A stretch of DNA of 63,876 nt, filler included, from NCBI RefSeq assembly GCF_002087085.1. It is 4 parts of 4 records of this genome, joined end to end, with 100 filler letters (N's around TTAATTAATTAA, not from the genome) between each part and the next. Parts side by side here need not be neighbours in the genome. Positions count along the whole stretch, not along the records: positions 21,005 to 41,889 come from NZ_MWQY01000034.1; positions 41,990 to 60,174 come from NZ_MWQY01000035.1; 2 more parts are not named here. One strand, 5' to 3'. The notes under the pieces were generated by a model that was given only the letters and a program-made list of their open reading frames with translations, ran no database searches and was not told where the DNA came from. This document shows, piece by piece, positions 41,288-51,042 of the stretch. The stretch's first letter is position 1; the number at the start of each line of letters is the position of its first letter. The translations under genes and the position numbers were made by a program.

Positions 41288-41316
41288 ATGCTAACATTGG
41301 TCTGATATCATGTCAA
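41288..41316 (-). promoter_or_regulatory. Sigma70-like promoter with operator in the spacer
   Basis: TTGACA-17 bp-TAGCAT on the minus strand; spacer contains TGATATCAGACCAAT. Confidence 0.55.
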
Positions 41317-41764
41317 TTAAAATTATACAAAGCAAGGAAGCAGCGCCAAAAATGGTCCCATTTACAGTACCTTATATCAAGCTGCTTCGAAGGTAAGATC
41401 CTTAATGGCCACGGATGAAAAAAGGAACGATCGGCTGAAATGTCAGCAGGTAATTCGAACTATGGCTGGTAAATCATTTTGAACATTGAGCATTTTTTCT
41501 GATTAATTTCTGGTGTGGGAAGTAGATGATTTGTCTATTAGGACAGGAATCTTGTGCCGGAGTATAGATTTCAAGACCGGTAGTCAGAAATGGCCCTATG
41601 TTGACAATACATATAAAAATTCTCGCAGCATGGTTATTGTATCAGTAGTATTTCATAATAGTCGGAAGTAGCGACTTCTATAAATTAAGTTACAGGCACA
41701 GCCAACCAAGCTTTTGTAGCCTGATCAGTTTCCGCAATAAAATGAACCAGGCGCGGACTGAATC

Positions 41765-41889
41765 GCCCGCGCCGGATCAATTCAAGCGCTCTCGTAATAT
41801 ATATTCTCTTCTTCAACACCCCGGCCTTCCGCCTGCATCTCTTCCAGGGTCCTGAGCACAGCCTTTACCATGGGGGGCGGGCCGCACAT
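41765..41889 (-). repeat. Direct repeat copy B: 3' end (41782-41889) able to complete the gene at 1-1474
   Basis: 41835-41889 is identical to window bases 1-55; encodes ...GVEEENIYYESA*. Confidence 0.95.
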
Positions 41890-41989
41890 NNNNNNNNNNN
41901 NNNNNNNNNNNNNNNNNNNNNNNNNNNNNNNNNTTAATTAATTAANNNNNNNNNNNNNNNNNNNNNNNNNNNNNNNNNNNNNNNNNNNN
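41890..41989. other. Artificial contig spacer
   Basis: N run with TTAATTAATTAA. Confidence 0.99.
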
Positions 41990-42044
41990 ATCCTAACATA
42001 TTTCCCCGCTCTATGGGAATTTATCTATTTTTCAGGAGACCCTA
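41990..42044. mobile_element. Probable IS end (55 bp) at contig start
   Basis: Ends ...TTTTTCAGGAGACCC-TA, an IR-like terminus exactly 55 bp from the contig start; supplies the stop of the adjacent ORF. Confidence 0.5.
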
Positions 42045-42284
42045 TGTAATGGTACCTGTTCCAGTATGGTCGGTCTCTTCGACTATTCCAGAAAAGTCCG
42101 TTGTCTCGTCAATATATTCGTCGTCCACTCCAATCTGAATTGATCCGAAAAACCAGGCTGAAAAACCTTCGGCAAACAGTTGAGTATCTGACAGACTTCC
42201 GCCTCCCGCCCCGCCGGCGCAGCTAAAGAGAAAAGATGTTAATGCTACTATAATCATAGGACCGGTGTTCTTTAGTGTTTGCAT
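42042..42284 (-). pseudogene. Lipoprotein gene, probably truncated by IS
   Basis: LFS-C lipobox, AAGGAG RBS; stop codon lies at the putative IS junction. Confidence 0.55.
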
Positions 42285-42426
42285 GCTGGTATCGAAAATC
42301 TCCTTAAATTGTGATTCTATTACATATTATTACCTTCGATACTTCTGTTTCTAATAAACACAGTAAAAATAATACAATCAATTAAAAGTAACGGATGCAA
42401 TAGTCACAAAGACGACCCAGAAAGTA

Positions 42427-42822
42427 TTAAAAATAACCTGTCACACTGTAAATTTTCCACACATCCTCTTCTTCTTCCCTCATGACAAAATCATAATCAC
42501 TCGTTCCAAGGCTACTAGTAATATTTACTGTCACGGAAGAAGTATCAGGAACGTTCGTTGAATTCAATGAAAGTGGAAAATCCTTCCATGGACCATTTGC
42601 TGGCCAGTAAGCTGAATTTAGTGTATCCCAGCTCGGTGCATCTGGGTGAATATGATCGCCGCGAATTGTGCTATATTCTTGATTACTTAAATCATTCAGG
42701 AACATTTCTATTCGCTCCTCTACGGATACTGGGGAGACTTCATCGCAGCCTGTAAAGAAAAAGAAAAATATCGATAGACAGATTAATATTGTGATCTCTT
42801 TGAGATTAATTCTTCCCCTCAT
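42427..42822 (-). CDS. Small lipoprotein, hypothetical
   Basis: FTG-C lipobox; abuts the FecR gene stop. Confidence 0.75.
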   Translation of the reverse strand: MRGRINLKEITILICLSIFFFFFTGCDEVSPVSVEERIEMFLNDLSNQEYSTIRGDHIHPDAPSWDTLNSAYWPANGPWKDFPLSLNSTNVPDTSSVTVNITSSLGTSDYDFVMREEEEDVWKIYSVTGYF

Positions 42823-43872
42823 CTAAATGTCCTCCGTGCTCAAGTGAATAATGATGTATTCGTTGAACTTATCAAGTATATCATTGTACATTGAGTTGTA
42901 CTCTTCAAAATTATCGTTATCTTTTCCCGTCAGCCATTTTGCTTTCATTAGTGCATACTGTTTTGCACCAATATAACGTTTAAGGGAATAAGATGACAAA
43001 GACCAATATCGTCTATTGAGGAAAATTACACTCCCTTGTTTCTCAAGAGGAACAATCTCTTCGCGATAGTATTTATCTGATTCATCAGAACCGTGTAATT
43101 CTTTGATTTTTTTCAATTCCTCAACATTTTCTTTAAGCAACGCCTTGTTGTCTTCATAAGCTAAAGTAAGATTCTCCACCTCCCGAATATACCCATCCAT
43201 CTGCCGCTCTATCCCTCTAAGCCCTGCAATTGGGTCGGCGGAGAACTCAGCCTGCTTCTCATCCGCCCAGCTTGAGTAGTCTATGGGACGCCCTTTTAGT
43301 TCGAACTTCTCCCCCGGCGCACGTCCGGCCTTGACTTCGACTCCCTCGCCTTCGTAGAGCACCACCGGTATCCCCTGGCTGGTCACCATCACCTCGCCGG
43401 AATCCACGGTAAACAGGGCGGAGCCTTCGTCCCCGGCGTACACGGTAAACTCCGTTCCCCGTACGCCCGCCACGCTGCTGGGGGTGGAAATCTTCGGCTC
43501 GATGCCGAAAAGCCGCATAAACTTGAACTTCACCGAACCCAGGGCGGTGTGCATGACCGTCTCCTTCTGTCCCCCGGAGTCGATCTCCCGGATCGAGAAG
43601 ACCGTGTTCGGATTAATTACAATCTCCGCCGCACCCTGACGTGCCAGGGTCGCCGTCCCGTCATCGCCGGTTATTACCGTATCGTCCTTCTCGAGCTCGT
43701 CGCCTATCATGGCCTCCACCACATCCCCGGAGGGGTAGCGCAGGTCGACCCAGCCCTGCAGGTAGTCGATACTCGCCACCTGGGCGGCGGAGGGCAGGGC
43801 GGCGGCGAAAAACAGTCCCAGGACAACCAGCACGCTAAGCCTTCGTGGTGAAAAAACCGGATGCTTTCTCAT
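42823..43872 (-). CDS. FecR domain-containing exported protein
   Basis: GDEL...DTVITG.DG.A.L, ISTPSSVAGVRGTEFTV; helical C-terminus. Confidence 0.85.
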   Translation of the reverse strand: MRKHPVFSPRRLSVLVVLGLFFAAALPSAAQVASIDYLQGWVDLRYPSGDVVEAMIGDELEKDDTVITGDDGTATLARQGAAEIVINPNTVFSIREIDSGGQKETVMHTALGSVKFKFMRLFGIEPKISTPSSVAGVRGTEFTVYAGDEGSALFTVDSGEVMVTSQGIPVVLYEGEGVEVKAGRAPGEKFELKGRPIDYSSWADEKQAEFSADPIAGLRGIERQMDGYIREVENLTLAYEDNKALLKENVEELKKIKELHGSDESDKYYREEIVPLEKQGSVIFLNRRYWSLSSYSLKRYIGAKQYALMKAKWLTGKDNDNFEEYNSMYNDILDKFNEYIIIHLSTEDI

Positions 43873-43876
43873 AGTC

Positions 43877-44335
43877 TTACTGCTCCTTTCCCAAAGGTCC
43901 GGCAAAGGCGTAGATCATCCTGTTCCGGTCTTCGTCCCTGCCGATGGTTATGTAAAAGCGTCCCGCTGTACTCTGTGCAAGAAAGGTCGCTGACCTTTCG
44001 GGAACATACTTGGCAAAAAACTGCTCTATCTCGAGGCCACTGCCGTAACGGGCGGCCTGTGCCGGTTCATCGATAACCAGCAGTTCCGTCTCTCCCAGGC
44101 TGAATCTCCCCTCCGCCAGGATCTTCCAGAACTCCCGCATATCAGACCGGCGCATTATCATCTCCGTGTCCAGCAGAAAAGGCTCCGCCGTCTGTTCGCT
44201 TAAAGCTTCCCACTCTCCGGCATTTATCATCTCCGTAAACTCCATTCCGTCCCGTTCCCCCGGAATGGTGGTACATCCTGCGAAAAATATCCCCAGCACC
44301 AGGGTTGTAAGCGTTCTGCGCATCCCTTTTTTCAT
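43877..44335 (-). CDS. Lipoprotein, hypothetical
   Basis: FAG-C lipobox; AAGGAG RBS. Confidence 0.75.
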   Translation of the reverse strand: MKKGMRRTLTTLVLGIFFAGCTTIPGERDGMEFTEMINAGEWEALSEQTAEPFLLDTEMIMRRSDMREFWKILAEGRFSLGETELLVIDEPAQAARYGSGLEIEQFFAKYVPERSATFLAQSTAGRFYITIGRDEDRNRMIYAFAGPLGKEQ

Positions 44336-44592
44336 TCCAACTCCTTGTTCCGTGCTTTCGCCTTGCAGCACCCTTGTAGAGTACCCCCCTTGTGCGGCTA
44401 TTTCAAGGATTTTCAAGGGGCGCCTTGACGGGCCCTCCGCTCGTAGCCGGCCCTCGGGATTCTCTCAATATTTTTGTCCTGCTCCGCAGGCCCTTTTGCG
44501 GCTCGCTCGCTCACTCCGCCGCTTCGGGCCTGTCCCTCCCGCCGGGCTGCCGCTGCGGTCCCTGGCGCGGGGTGTCTTAATACTGCTCAACA

Positions 44593-45531
44593 TCATATGC
44601 TTAAAAAAATCTCCTTCGGCAGGTGGGCCGCAACCAGGTAGTTCGGCAGGTCCACGGTCTCGCAGATCTTCAGGTCCAGGGCCGCCGTACAGATTACGTA
44701 GGCCTCCTCTTTTTCAAGTCCGTAACGGGAGCAGACATAGTCTATCATATAACCCGTGGCCTTTTGGGCGGCCTCCAGAATCGTCGTACCGATACCCGTG
44801 GTTGCGTAATAATGGTCGGTTTCGTAGCGGGGCTCTTCAATGGATTCGCCGTGTACAACGGATATCCGTAAAGTTACCGTAAGCTCCGTCTCGATGGCGG
44901 AGATTCCCACCTCTCCGTCCCCCTGGGCGGCATGGCCGTCCCCGGCGGAAAAGAGGGCCCCTTCGACCCAAACCGGCAGGTAGAGGCTCGTACCCGCCGT
45001 CAGGTAGCGGATGTCCATGTTGCCCCCGTGCTTCCCCGGCGGCCCGGTGCGGAACTCGCCCCTCTCAGCCGGTGCCGTCCCCAGTACCCCGCAGAAGGGG
45101 GCCAGTTTTACCCGTACATGTTCGTTGAACCAGGCGTAGCCTGACTCTTTGTCGTATCTCCAGGCCTTGAAGTAGTCTCTTTCAAGCAGCTCAGGCAAAA
45201 GACCCTTGCCGGGTCCGCTGACCGACCAGCCCCAGTCCCCCAGCTCGTACTCGAGAATATCCACCTTCAGTACATCCCCCGGCCCGGCCCCTTCAACGAA
45301 AACCGGTCCGGTAAGGGGGTGAATCCTCCCGGTATCCCTGGCGGCGATGTCCGCCGCTGTGGAGTCGGGTGTAAAGGCCCCGTCCGAGGCGTCCCGGGTC
45401 TCCATGCTGATCAGGTCGCCGGACTTTATGTTCAGCACCGGGGGAATATCCCTGTTCCAGCGGGTGTGGATGTTCTTCTCCTCCCGGGATAAAAAGTGAT
45501 GCCGTATCATGCGGTCTGAAAAATGATCCAT
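44593..45531 (-). CDS. Acetamidase/formamidase family protein
   Basis: HPLTGPVFVEGAGPGD, HGGNMD, GDGHAAQGDGEV, AIE. Confidence 0.93.
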   Translation of the reverse strand: MDHFSDRMIRHHFLSREEKNIHTRWNRDIPPVLNIKSGDLISMETRDASDGAFTPDSTAADIAARDTGRIHPLTGPVFVEGAGPGDVLKVDILEYELGDWGWSVSGPGKGLLPELLERDYFKAWRYDKESGYAWFNEHVRVKLAPFCGVLGTAPAERGEFRTGPPGKHGGNMDIRYLTAGTSLYLPVWVEGALFSAGDGHAAQGDGEVGISAIETELTVTLRISVVHGESIEEPRYETDHYYATTGIGTTILEAAQKATGYMIDYVCSRYGLEKEEAYVICTAALDLKICETVDLPNYLVAAHLPKEIFLSI

Positions 45532-45569
45532 ATCTTCTGCCCCTTACAGAGTATATCGGCGGTGGATAT

Positions 45570-45604
45570 AAAAAAAGACAGGCCGGGAGACTGCCCCGGC
45601 CTGT
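45570..45604 (-). terminator. Rho-independent terminator
   Basis: ACAGGCCGGG / CCCGGCCTGT stem followed by T7 on the minus strand. Confidence 0.75.
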
Positions 45605-45653
45605 TCACGAAAAATGTTGCTGTTTCCTGTTTCAGGAGAGAATAGTAAATAGC

Positions 45654-46640
45654 CTAGGAAATCGCTTCCACGTCCTTGCGCATGGATGCAAGGTCCGAGG
45701 CGTCGACGCTGATATTTCCGCCGCCAACGTTCTCTTCTATCTGGGGAATCTTCCGGGCGCCCCCCAGGACGTTTACGTTGTCCCCTGTCCCCTGGGACAT
45801 GGTCCATGCCAGTACCAGCTCGGTCATGGAGCAGCCGTACTTTTCCAGCAGGGGCTGCCACTTCTTCTTCAGGTCCTGAATCCGGGCCAGTTTGTCCTTC
45901 TGGTACCATTCGATCTTGCTCTTTGCAAGGCCCATGTTCACAGTACTTTCCGGGCCGTATTTACCCGTTAGAACGCCCCGTTCCAGGGGAGAGTAGGCCT
46001 GGAAGGTTACGCCGTGCTCCTTGCAGAGACCGAAGAACTTCTCTTCCACGCCCCGGTCCAGCATGCTGTACTTCTCCTGGATCAGGTCCAGCTGGCCGTT
46101 GTTCACGTACTCCATGAACTGCTCACGGTTCAGGTTGGAAGCGCCGATGGCGCGAATCTTTCCCTGGGCCTTCAGGTCCATCAGGTATCCCATGGTCTCG
46201 CTGATGGGGAAGGGGTAGTCCTCGGTGGCCTGCCAGTGGACAATGTAGAGGTCCAGGTAGTCCGTATCCAGCCGCTTAAGGCTCCACTCGATCTCCTCCG
46301 CCAGACGGGCGGGGCTCGCGTTCCGGACAATCTTTACGCCGTCCCGTTCCATCAGAAGGCCGCCTTCGTCGATGTCCCAGCGGATTCCGCACTTGGTTGC
46401 CAGCACGTACTGATCCCGGCGACCTTTCAGGGCCTTGCCCACAACCTCTTCGCTGTGGCCCAGTCCGTAGGCCGGGGCGGTGTCCACCAGGGTAATTCCC
46501 AGTTCCCGGGCGCGGTGGATCGTCTTGATGGATTCCGCATCGTCGCTGGGACCCCAGTTGCTGTCTCCTCCGATGGCCCAGGCGCCCAGGCCCAGGGCGG
46601 AAGCTTCGATACCGGATTTTCCGATTTTCATCATCTTCAT
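45654..46640 (-). CDS. Aldo/keto reductase
   Basis: GLGAWAIGG, DTAPAYG, ATKCG, DLYIVHW, IGASN, YSPL. Confidence 0.95.
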   Translation of the reverse strand: MKMMKIGKSGIEASALGLGAWAIGGDSNWGPSDDAESIKTIHRARELGITLVDTAPAYGLGHSEEVVGKALKGRRDQYVLATKCGIRWDIDEGGLLMERDGVKIVRNASPARLAEEIEWSLKRLDTDYLDLYIVHWQATEDYPFPISETMGYLMDLKAQGKIRAIGASNLNREQFMEYVNNGQLDLIQEKYSMLDRGVEEKFFGLCKEHGVTFQAYSPLERGVLTGKYGPESTVNMGLAKSKIEWYQKDKLARIQDLKKKWQPLLEKYGCSMTELVLAWTMSQGTGDNVNVLGGARKIPQIEENVGGGNISVDASDLASMRKDVEAIS

Positions 46641-46692
46641 AAAAATAACTCCTGCAAAAAATTATGCTGAAAAATATTGCTTACAGTTTGTA

Positions 46693-47982
46693 TCACATAT
46701 AGGTCGGCATTGCCACACGGGGTATCCAGAGCATCAGGTCCGGCAGGAATACCGCCACGGCCAGCACGAACAGAGAAATCAGGTAAAAGGGCACCATGGC
46801 GCGGGTCGCCTTGGCAATCGAAAGCTCCGCCAGGTCCGCCGAAATCAGAAGGCACAGACCGTAGGGCGGGGTTATAAGCCCTATAGCCAGGGTCAGGACG
46901 ACAACGATTCCCATATGGTAGGGATTAATTCCCGCGGTCGCGGTAATCTGCCCGATAATCGGCTGCAGAATAATAATCGCCGGAATGGCATCCATAAACG
47001 TCCCGATTACCAGAAAGATAATTACCACCGTCAAAAAGATCAGGTAGGTGGAATCCAGCATACCCGCGTTCCCCATGAACTCCACGACCATCTCCGGAAT
47101 GTTGTAGAAGGCAAGCACCCATCCCCACAGCGAGGCCGCTGCCACGCAGAAGAGGGAGAGGGAGAAAAGCCCGAGGCTGGTTTTAAAGGTCTCGTAAATC
47201 TTTTTAAGGCTTGCCTCGCGGTACAGAAGCGCCAGAACCAGGGCGTAGAGCACGGTAATGGAGGATGCCTCTGTAGCGGTAAATATGCCGAAGATAATGC
47301 CGCCTATAACGATTATGGGGATAAACAACGCCAGAATGGCCAGTTTGGAGTGTTTCCAGAGCCGTTTAAAGGAAAACTTGTGGTCTCCCCCTATTCCCAG
47401 CCGGTAGGCGACGAAAAAGGAGTAGCCCATCTGCAGGGTACCGATCAGTACGCCGGGAATAATACCGGAGAGGAACATGCCCCCCACCGAAAGTCCCGCG
47501 GTGGCTGCATAGATGATCATCATCAGGCTTGGCGGAATAATGTTTCCCAGGGTGGACGATGCCGCGGTAATCCCTGCGGTAAAGCCTCTGGGGTAGCCCG
47601 CTTTTACCTGGGCCGGTATCAGCACCGATCCCACGCCGCTGGTGTCCGCCGAGGAGACCCCGGAAATTCCGGCAAAGATCATGCTTACAACGACGTTTAC
47701 ATGGGCCATGCCCCCTTTCAGGTGTCCCACCAGGGCGTCGGAAAAGTCGATCAGTCTGCGGGAAATCCCCGTCTCGTTCATCAGCTGGCCAACCACCATG
47801 AAAAAGGGAACCGCCAGCAGGGGAAAATTGTTCAGTCCCACCCAGATCCGCTGAACAACAATGGTCAGTGGAACGTGTCCTTCAAAGACGATCGCCAGGG
47901 TGGATGATATGAACATCGCAAAGGCGATGGGTACGCGGATCAGGCATAAAAGAATAAACGATAAAAACAATACCCATAACAT
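46693..47982 (-). CDS. dctM: TRAP transporter large permease
   Basis: LLAVPFF, IIPPS, FTATEAS, ITPPYG. Confidence 0.95.
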   Translation of the reverse strand: MLWVLFLSFILLCLIRVPIAFAMFISSTLAIVFEGHVPLTIVVQRIWVGLNNFPLLAVPFFMVVGQLMNETGISRRLIDFSDALVGHLKGGMAHVNVVVSMIFAGISGVSSADTSGVGSVLIPAQVKAGYPRGFTAGITAASSTLGNIIPPSLMMIIYAATAGLSVGGMFLSGIIPGVLIGTLQMGYSFFVAYRLGIGGDHKFSFKRLWKHSKLAILALFIPIIVIGGIIFGIFTATEASSITVLYALVLALLYREASLKKIYETFKTSLGLFSLSLFCVAAASLWGWVLAFYNIPEMVVEFMGNAGMLDSTYLIFLTVVIIFLVIGTFMDAIPAIIILQPIIGQITATAGINPYHMGIVVVLTLAIGLITPPYGLCLLISADLAELSIAKATRAMVPFYLISLFVLAVAVFLPDLMLWIPRVAMPTYM

Positions 47983-47985
47983 AGC

Positions 47986-48474
47986 TTACTGCTCCCCGCT
48001 TTTTCGGCTGTTCCGGATAGTGATCAGGATGCTGTTAATCGTATACAGGGCCATGGTAACACCGGAGACCGGCAGGGCCGCGTATACCCAGGACATCTGC
48101 AGCGGTACCTCGATTCCCCTGCGGGTAAAACCGGAGGTAAAATACTCCCAGCCGTACCAGGTCAGCAGAACACAGAATCCCAGGACGATAACGTCGGGAA
48201 TCAGTTCCGCCACGAGCCGGACCAGGGGATTGCGAAAATTGCCGGGCTCGTACACGGCAATGGTAAAGTGTTTTTTTGTTTTAACGCTTACACAGGCCCC
48301 CATCAGGGCGACCCAGAAAAAGATGAACCTGGATCCCTCTTCCGTCCACTGGATCGGGGACTTGATGATAAATCTGCTTATTACCTGCAGAGAAACCACA
48401 ATAAGCAGGCCTACCAGCATAATGCTTCCGAAGGTTCTTTGGATCTTTTCCAGTTTATCGATGAATTTGTTCAC
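47986..48474 (-). CDS. dctQ: TRAP transporter small permease
   Basis: QVISRF...WTEEGSRFIFFW; GTG start at 48474. Confidence 0.9.
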   Translation of the reverse strand: MNKFIDKLEKIQRTFGSIMLVGLLIVVSLQVISRFIIKSPIQWTEEGSRFIFFWVALMGACVSVKTKKHFTIAVYEPGNFRNPLVRLVAELIPDVIVLGFCVLLTWYGWEYFTSGFTRRGIEVPLQMSWVYAALPVSGVTMALYTINSILITIRNSRKSGEQ

Positions 48475-48556
48475 ACCGGGACATCCTTTAAAAGGGAAAC
48501 TCCGGAATGTTCCCGGAGTTTCCCCCTTTTCTGTTACTGTTTCTTGTTTTTGCCTG

Positions 48557-49567
48557 TTATTTGGCTGCGGCCCGGACCTTCTCCAGAAGATCCTCAAGCC
48601 CCAGTTTTTTGGCCATCTGGTCCTGGATCGGTCGGCCTCGTTCCATCAGTGCAGTCTTGTCCGGCCGGGTAACCACCACGTCGTATTTTTCCTGCATCTC
48701 CTTGATGGAGGACATATTCTTTTCGGTAATGTAGTCCCGTTCCCAGATCGCTGCGTCCTGGGCGGCTTCTTTGATAATTTCCTGGTATTCCGCGGGAAGA
48801 TCCTGCAGAACCTTGTCGCTCATGAAAAGACCCATGGGAAGTACCAGGTGGTCTGTCAGGGCAAAGTAGGGTGCCGCTTCGTAGAACTTGTTCATCATTA
48901 TGCTCACCGGCTCGTTCTCCGCACCGTCAACGACTCCGGCCTGCAGGGCGGAGTAGACCTCGGAATAGGGCAGGGGCGCGGGAATGGCGCCGAATACCGA
49001 CCAGGTCAGGGAGTTTGCTTCCCCGCCCATTACGCGGATCTTTAAGCCCTCAAGATCGCCGATCTTTTCTATCGGCCGCTCGGCATTAAAGAGCAGACGA
49101 TAGCCGGAGGTAAAGGTAGAGAGCAGCCGGATGTTGTATTTTTCCTGGCATGCCTGGTCAAGAATCTCGCCTACCTCGCCGTTGAATACCGCGCTGAAGT
49201 GCTCTTCATCCTCGAACAGGAAAGGTGCACCGAAAAGGTCCAGCTCCTTTACAAAACCGGTAACATGGGAAAAAGCCGACAGAGAAAGGTCCAGAGTCCC
49301 CAGGTTGAGTCCCTCGATCTGCTCGGGGCTGTCCCCCAGCTGGGCCGCGGGATAAATCTTGATCGCCACCGCCCCGTTGGTCCGTTTTTCCACCTCTTCC
49401 GCAAAACGCTTTACCCCGAGGTCGTAAGGGTGTCCATCGGACTGGTCGTGTCCGAGCCTCAATACAATCTGTTTTTCTCCCCCTGCTGCTTCCTTTTCTC
49501 CTCCGGAATATATCGGAGAGAGAATAACTGCCAGCAGCAGTGCAATGCCTAGTGCCTTCTTTAACAT
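48557..49567 (-). CDS. dctP: TRAP substrate-binding protein
   Basis: YPAAQLG, GYRLL, GLKIRVM, DGAENE. Confidence 0.95.
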   Translation of the reverse strand: MLKKALGIALLLAVILSPIYSGGEKEAAGGEKQIVLRLGHDQSDGHPYDLGVKRFAEEVEKRTNGAVAIKIYPAAQLGDSPEQIEGLNLGTLDLSLSAFSHVTGFVKELDLFGAPFLFEDEEHFSAVFNGEVGEILDQACQEKYNIRLLSTFTSGYRLLFNAERPIEKIGDLEGLKIRVMGGEANSLTWSVFGAIPAPLPYSEVYSALQAGVVDGAENEPVSIMMNKFYEAAPYFALTDHLVLPMGLFMSDKVLQDLPAEYQEIIKEAAQDAAIWERDYITEKNMSSIKEMQEKYDVVVTRPDKTALMERGRPIQDQMAKKLGLEDLLEKVRAAAK

Positions 49568-49711
49568 ACGTTCCCCCTTGAAAATTGGTATCAGGTACCT
49601 GTACCTGCCAGTATCATTCAACCTTGTTGAATTGTCAATATTTTTGTGGGAAATTGTTGGAAGAAAGCATATTCCCCTGGACTTTGTATCCAATATGGGA
49701 AAAGGTGCCCT

Positions 49712-50275
49712 TTAGTTAAAAATATCCAGAAATTTGACGTACTCTGAATGGACCCCGGTAATGCGGTGTTCGATTATTGAATTGAAAAAAATGCTGTCCC
49801 CGGGGTTCAGAACATACCTCTGATCGTCCACCTGAAACTCGAGTATCCCCTCCAGCACGAAGATAAGCTCTTCCCCCTCGTGGCTGTGGATCTTGTCGTT
49901 CAGCTCTTCCGGACGTACGGTAATGAGTACCGGCTGCATCTTCTTGTGGGGCATCTCCACGGCCAGGGGCAGAATGGAATAGCCGCTTTCGGTGGGGACC
50001 GGTGAACGTTCCTCTTTGGCGGCGGGCACAAAGACACAGTCCCGGCTGTTCCCCTCGGCAATCAGGCCGGAAATGTTGGTATGAAGGGCGGAGGCTATCT
50101 TTATCAGGGTCGCCACCGGCGGAACCACCTTTCCCCCCTCTATCTTGGAAAGAAGGCTCTTGGTGAAACCGCAGTTGTCCGCCACGTCCTGCAGGGTACG
50201 GTGCTGCAGCTTTCTCAGTTTCCGAATGTGTCTGCCGATGGTCTGGGAATCCGGGAGTTTGTGCCTGTCGTTCAA
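49712..50275 (-). CDS. XRE-family HTH regulator with cupin domain
   Basis: TLQDVA...LSKIEGG; HSHEGEELIFVLEG, GDSIFF. Confidence 0.92.
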   Translation of the reverse strand: MNDRHKLPDSQTIGRHIRKLRKLQHRTLQDVADNCGFTKSLLSKIEGGKVVPPVATLIKIASALHTNISGLIAEGNSRDCVFVPAAKEERSPVPTESGYSILPLAVEMPHKKMQPVLITVRPEELNDKIHSHEGEELIFVLEGILEFQVDDQRYVLNPGDSIFFNSIIEHRITGVHSEYVKFLDIFN

Positions 50276-50436
50276 TCCGCTTTCCTCATGTATGTGTAGC
50301 GATTAGGATGATAGAAAAAAAATACACCTTGTGCAACCCTGTTGAATGCTTTATCCCGATGACATTTAGCTTGACCCGTGGTATATGTTTGTCTATGATT
50401 TTAAAAGATTTCAGGTAAAAGGAGTTGTAATTGGTT

Positions 50437-51042
50437 ATGAGGGCAAAGCTTAGTCTTCTTATTATTGCAGTAGTTTTCACCGTTGCCGGCTGTGCCACCT
50501 CCGGGGTCACAGTGGAACGGACCGCAGCGGATACCCAGACCGATCTGAGCGGCCGCTGGAACGATACCGACAGCCGTCTGGTCGCCGAGGAGATGATCCG
50601 GGACATGAGTTCCCGCCCCTGGCTCGGCGATTTCCGGGCCGCGGAAGGCCGCAAACCGGTACTGATTGTCGGCAGCATCCGGAACAAGAGCTCCGAGCAT
50701 ATCGATACCACCCCCTTCGTCAAGGACATCGAGCGTGAGCTCATCAACGGCGGCCAGGTTACCTTCGTGGCCAACCCCGAAGAGCGGGTCGGTGTACGGG
50801 CGGAGAAGGAGGATCAGCAGTTCGAGGCCTCCCAGGAGACCATCAAGCGTCTGGGAGAAGAAACCGGGGCCGATTTCATGCTTATCGGGTCCATAAGCTC
50901 CCAGGTCGACGCCATCGAAGGTAAGCGCGCCACCCTGTATCAGGTGGACATGGAGCTTATCAATATCGAAAACATGGAAAAGGTCTGGATCGGTACCAAA
51001 AAGATCAAGAAGCTTGTGGAGCAGAGTAAAGTCCGATGGTAG
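50437..51042 (+). CDS. LpoB-like lipoprotein
   Basis: VAG-C lipobox, DLSGRWNDTD, RNKSSEHIDT, GADFML.G. Confidence 0.8.
   Translation: MRAKLSLLIIAVVFTVAGCATSGVTVERTAADTQTDLSGRWNDTDSRLVAEEMIRDMSSRPWLGDFRAAEGRKPVLIVGSIRNKSSEHIDTTPFVKDIERELINGGQVTFVANPEERVGVRAEKEDQQFEASQETIKRLGEETGADFMLIGSISSQVDAIEGKRATLYQVDMELINIENMEKVWIGTKKIKKLVEQSKVRW

Larger units (their letters stand above)
37067..41889. mobile_element. 4.8-kb AT-rich genomic islet flanked by direct repeats, no integrase
   Basis: Flanking 125-bp repeats 4823 bp apart; visibly lower GC than the flanks. Confidence 0.75.
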
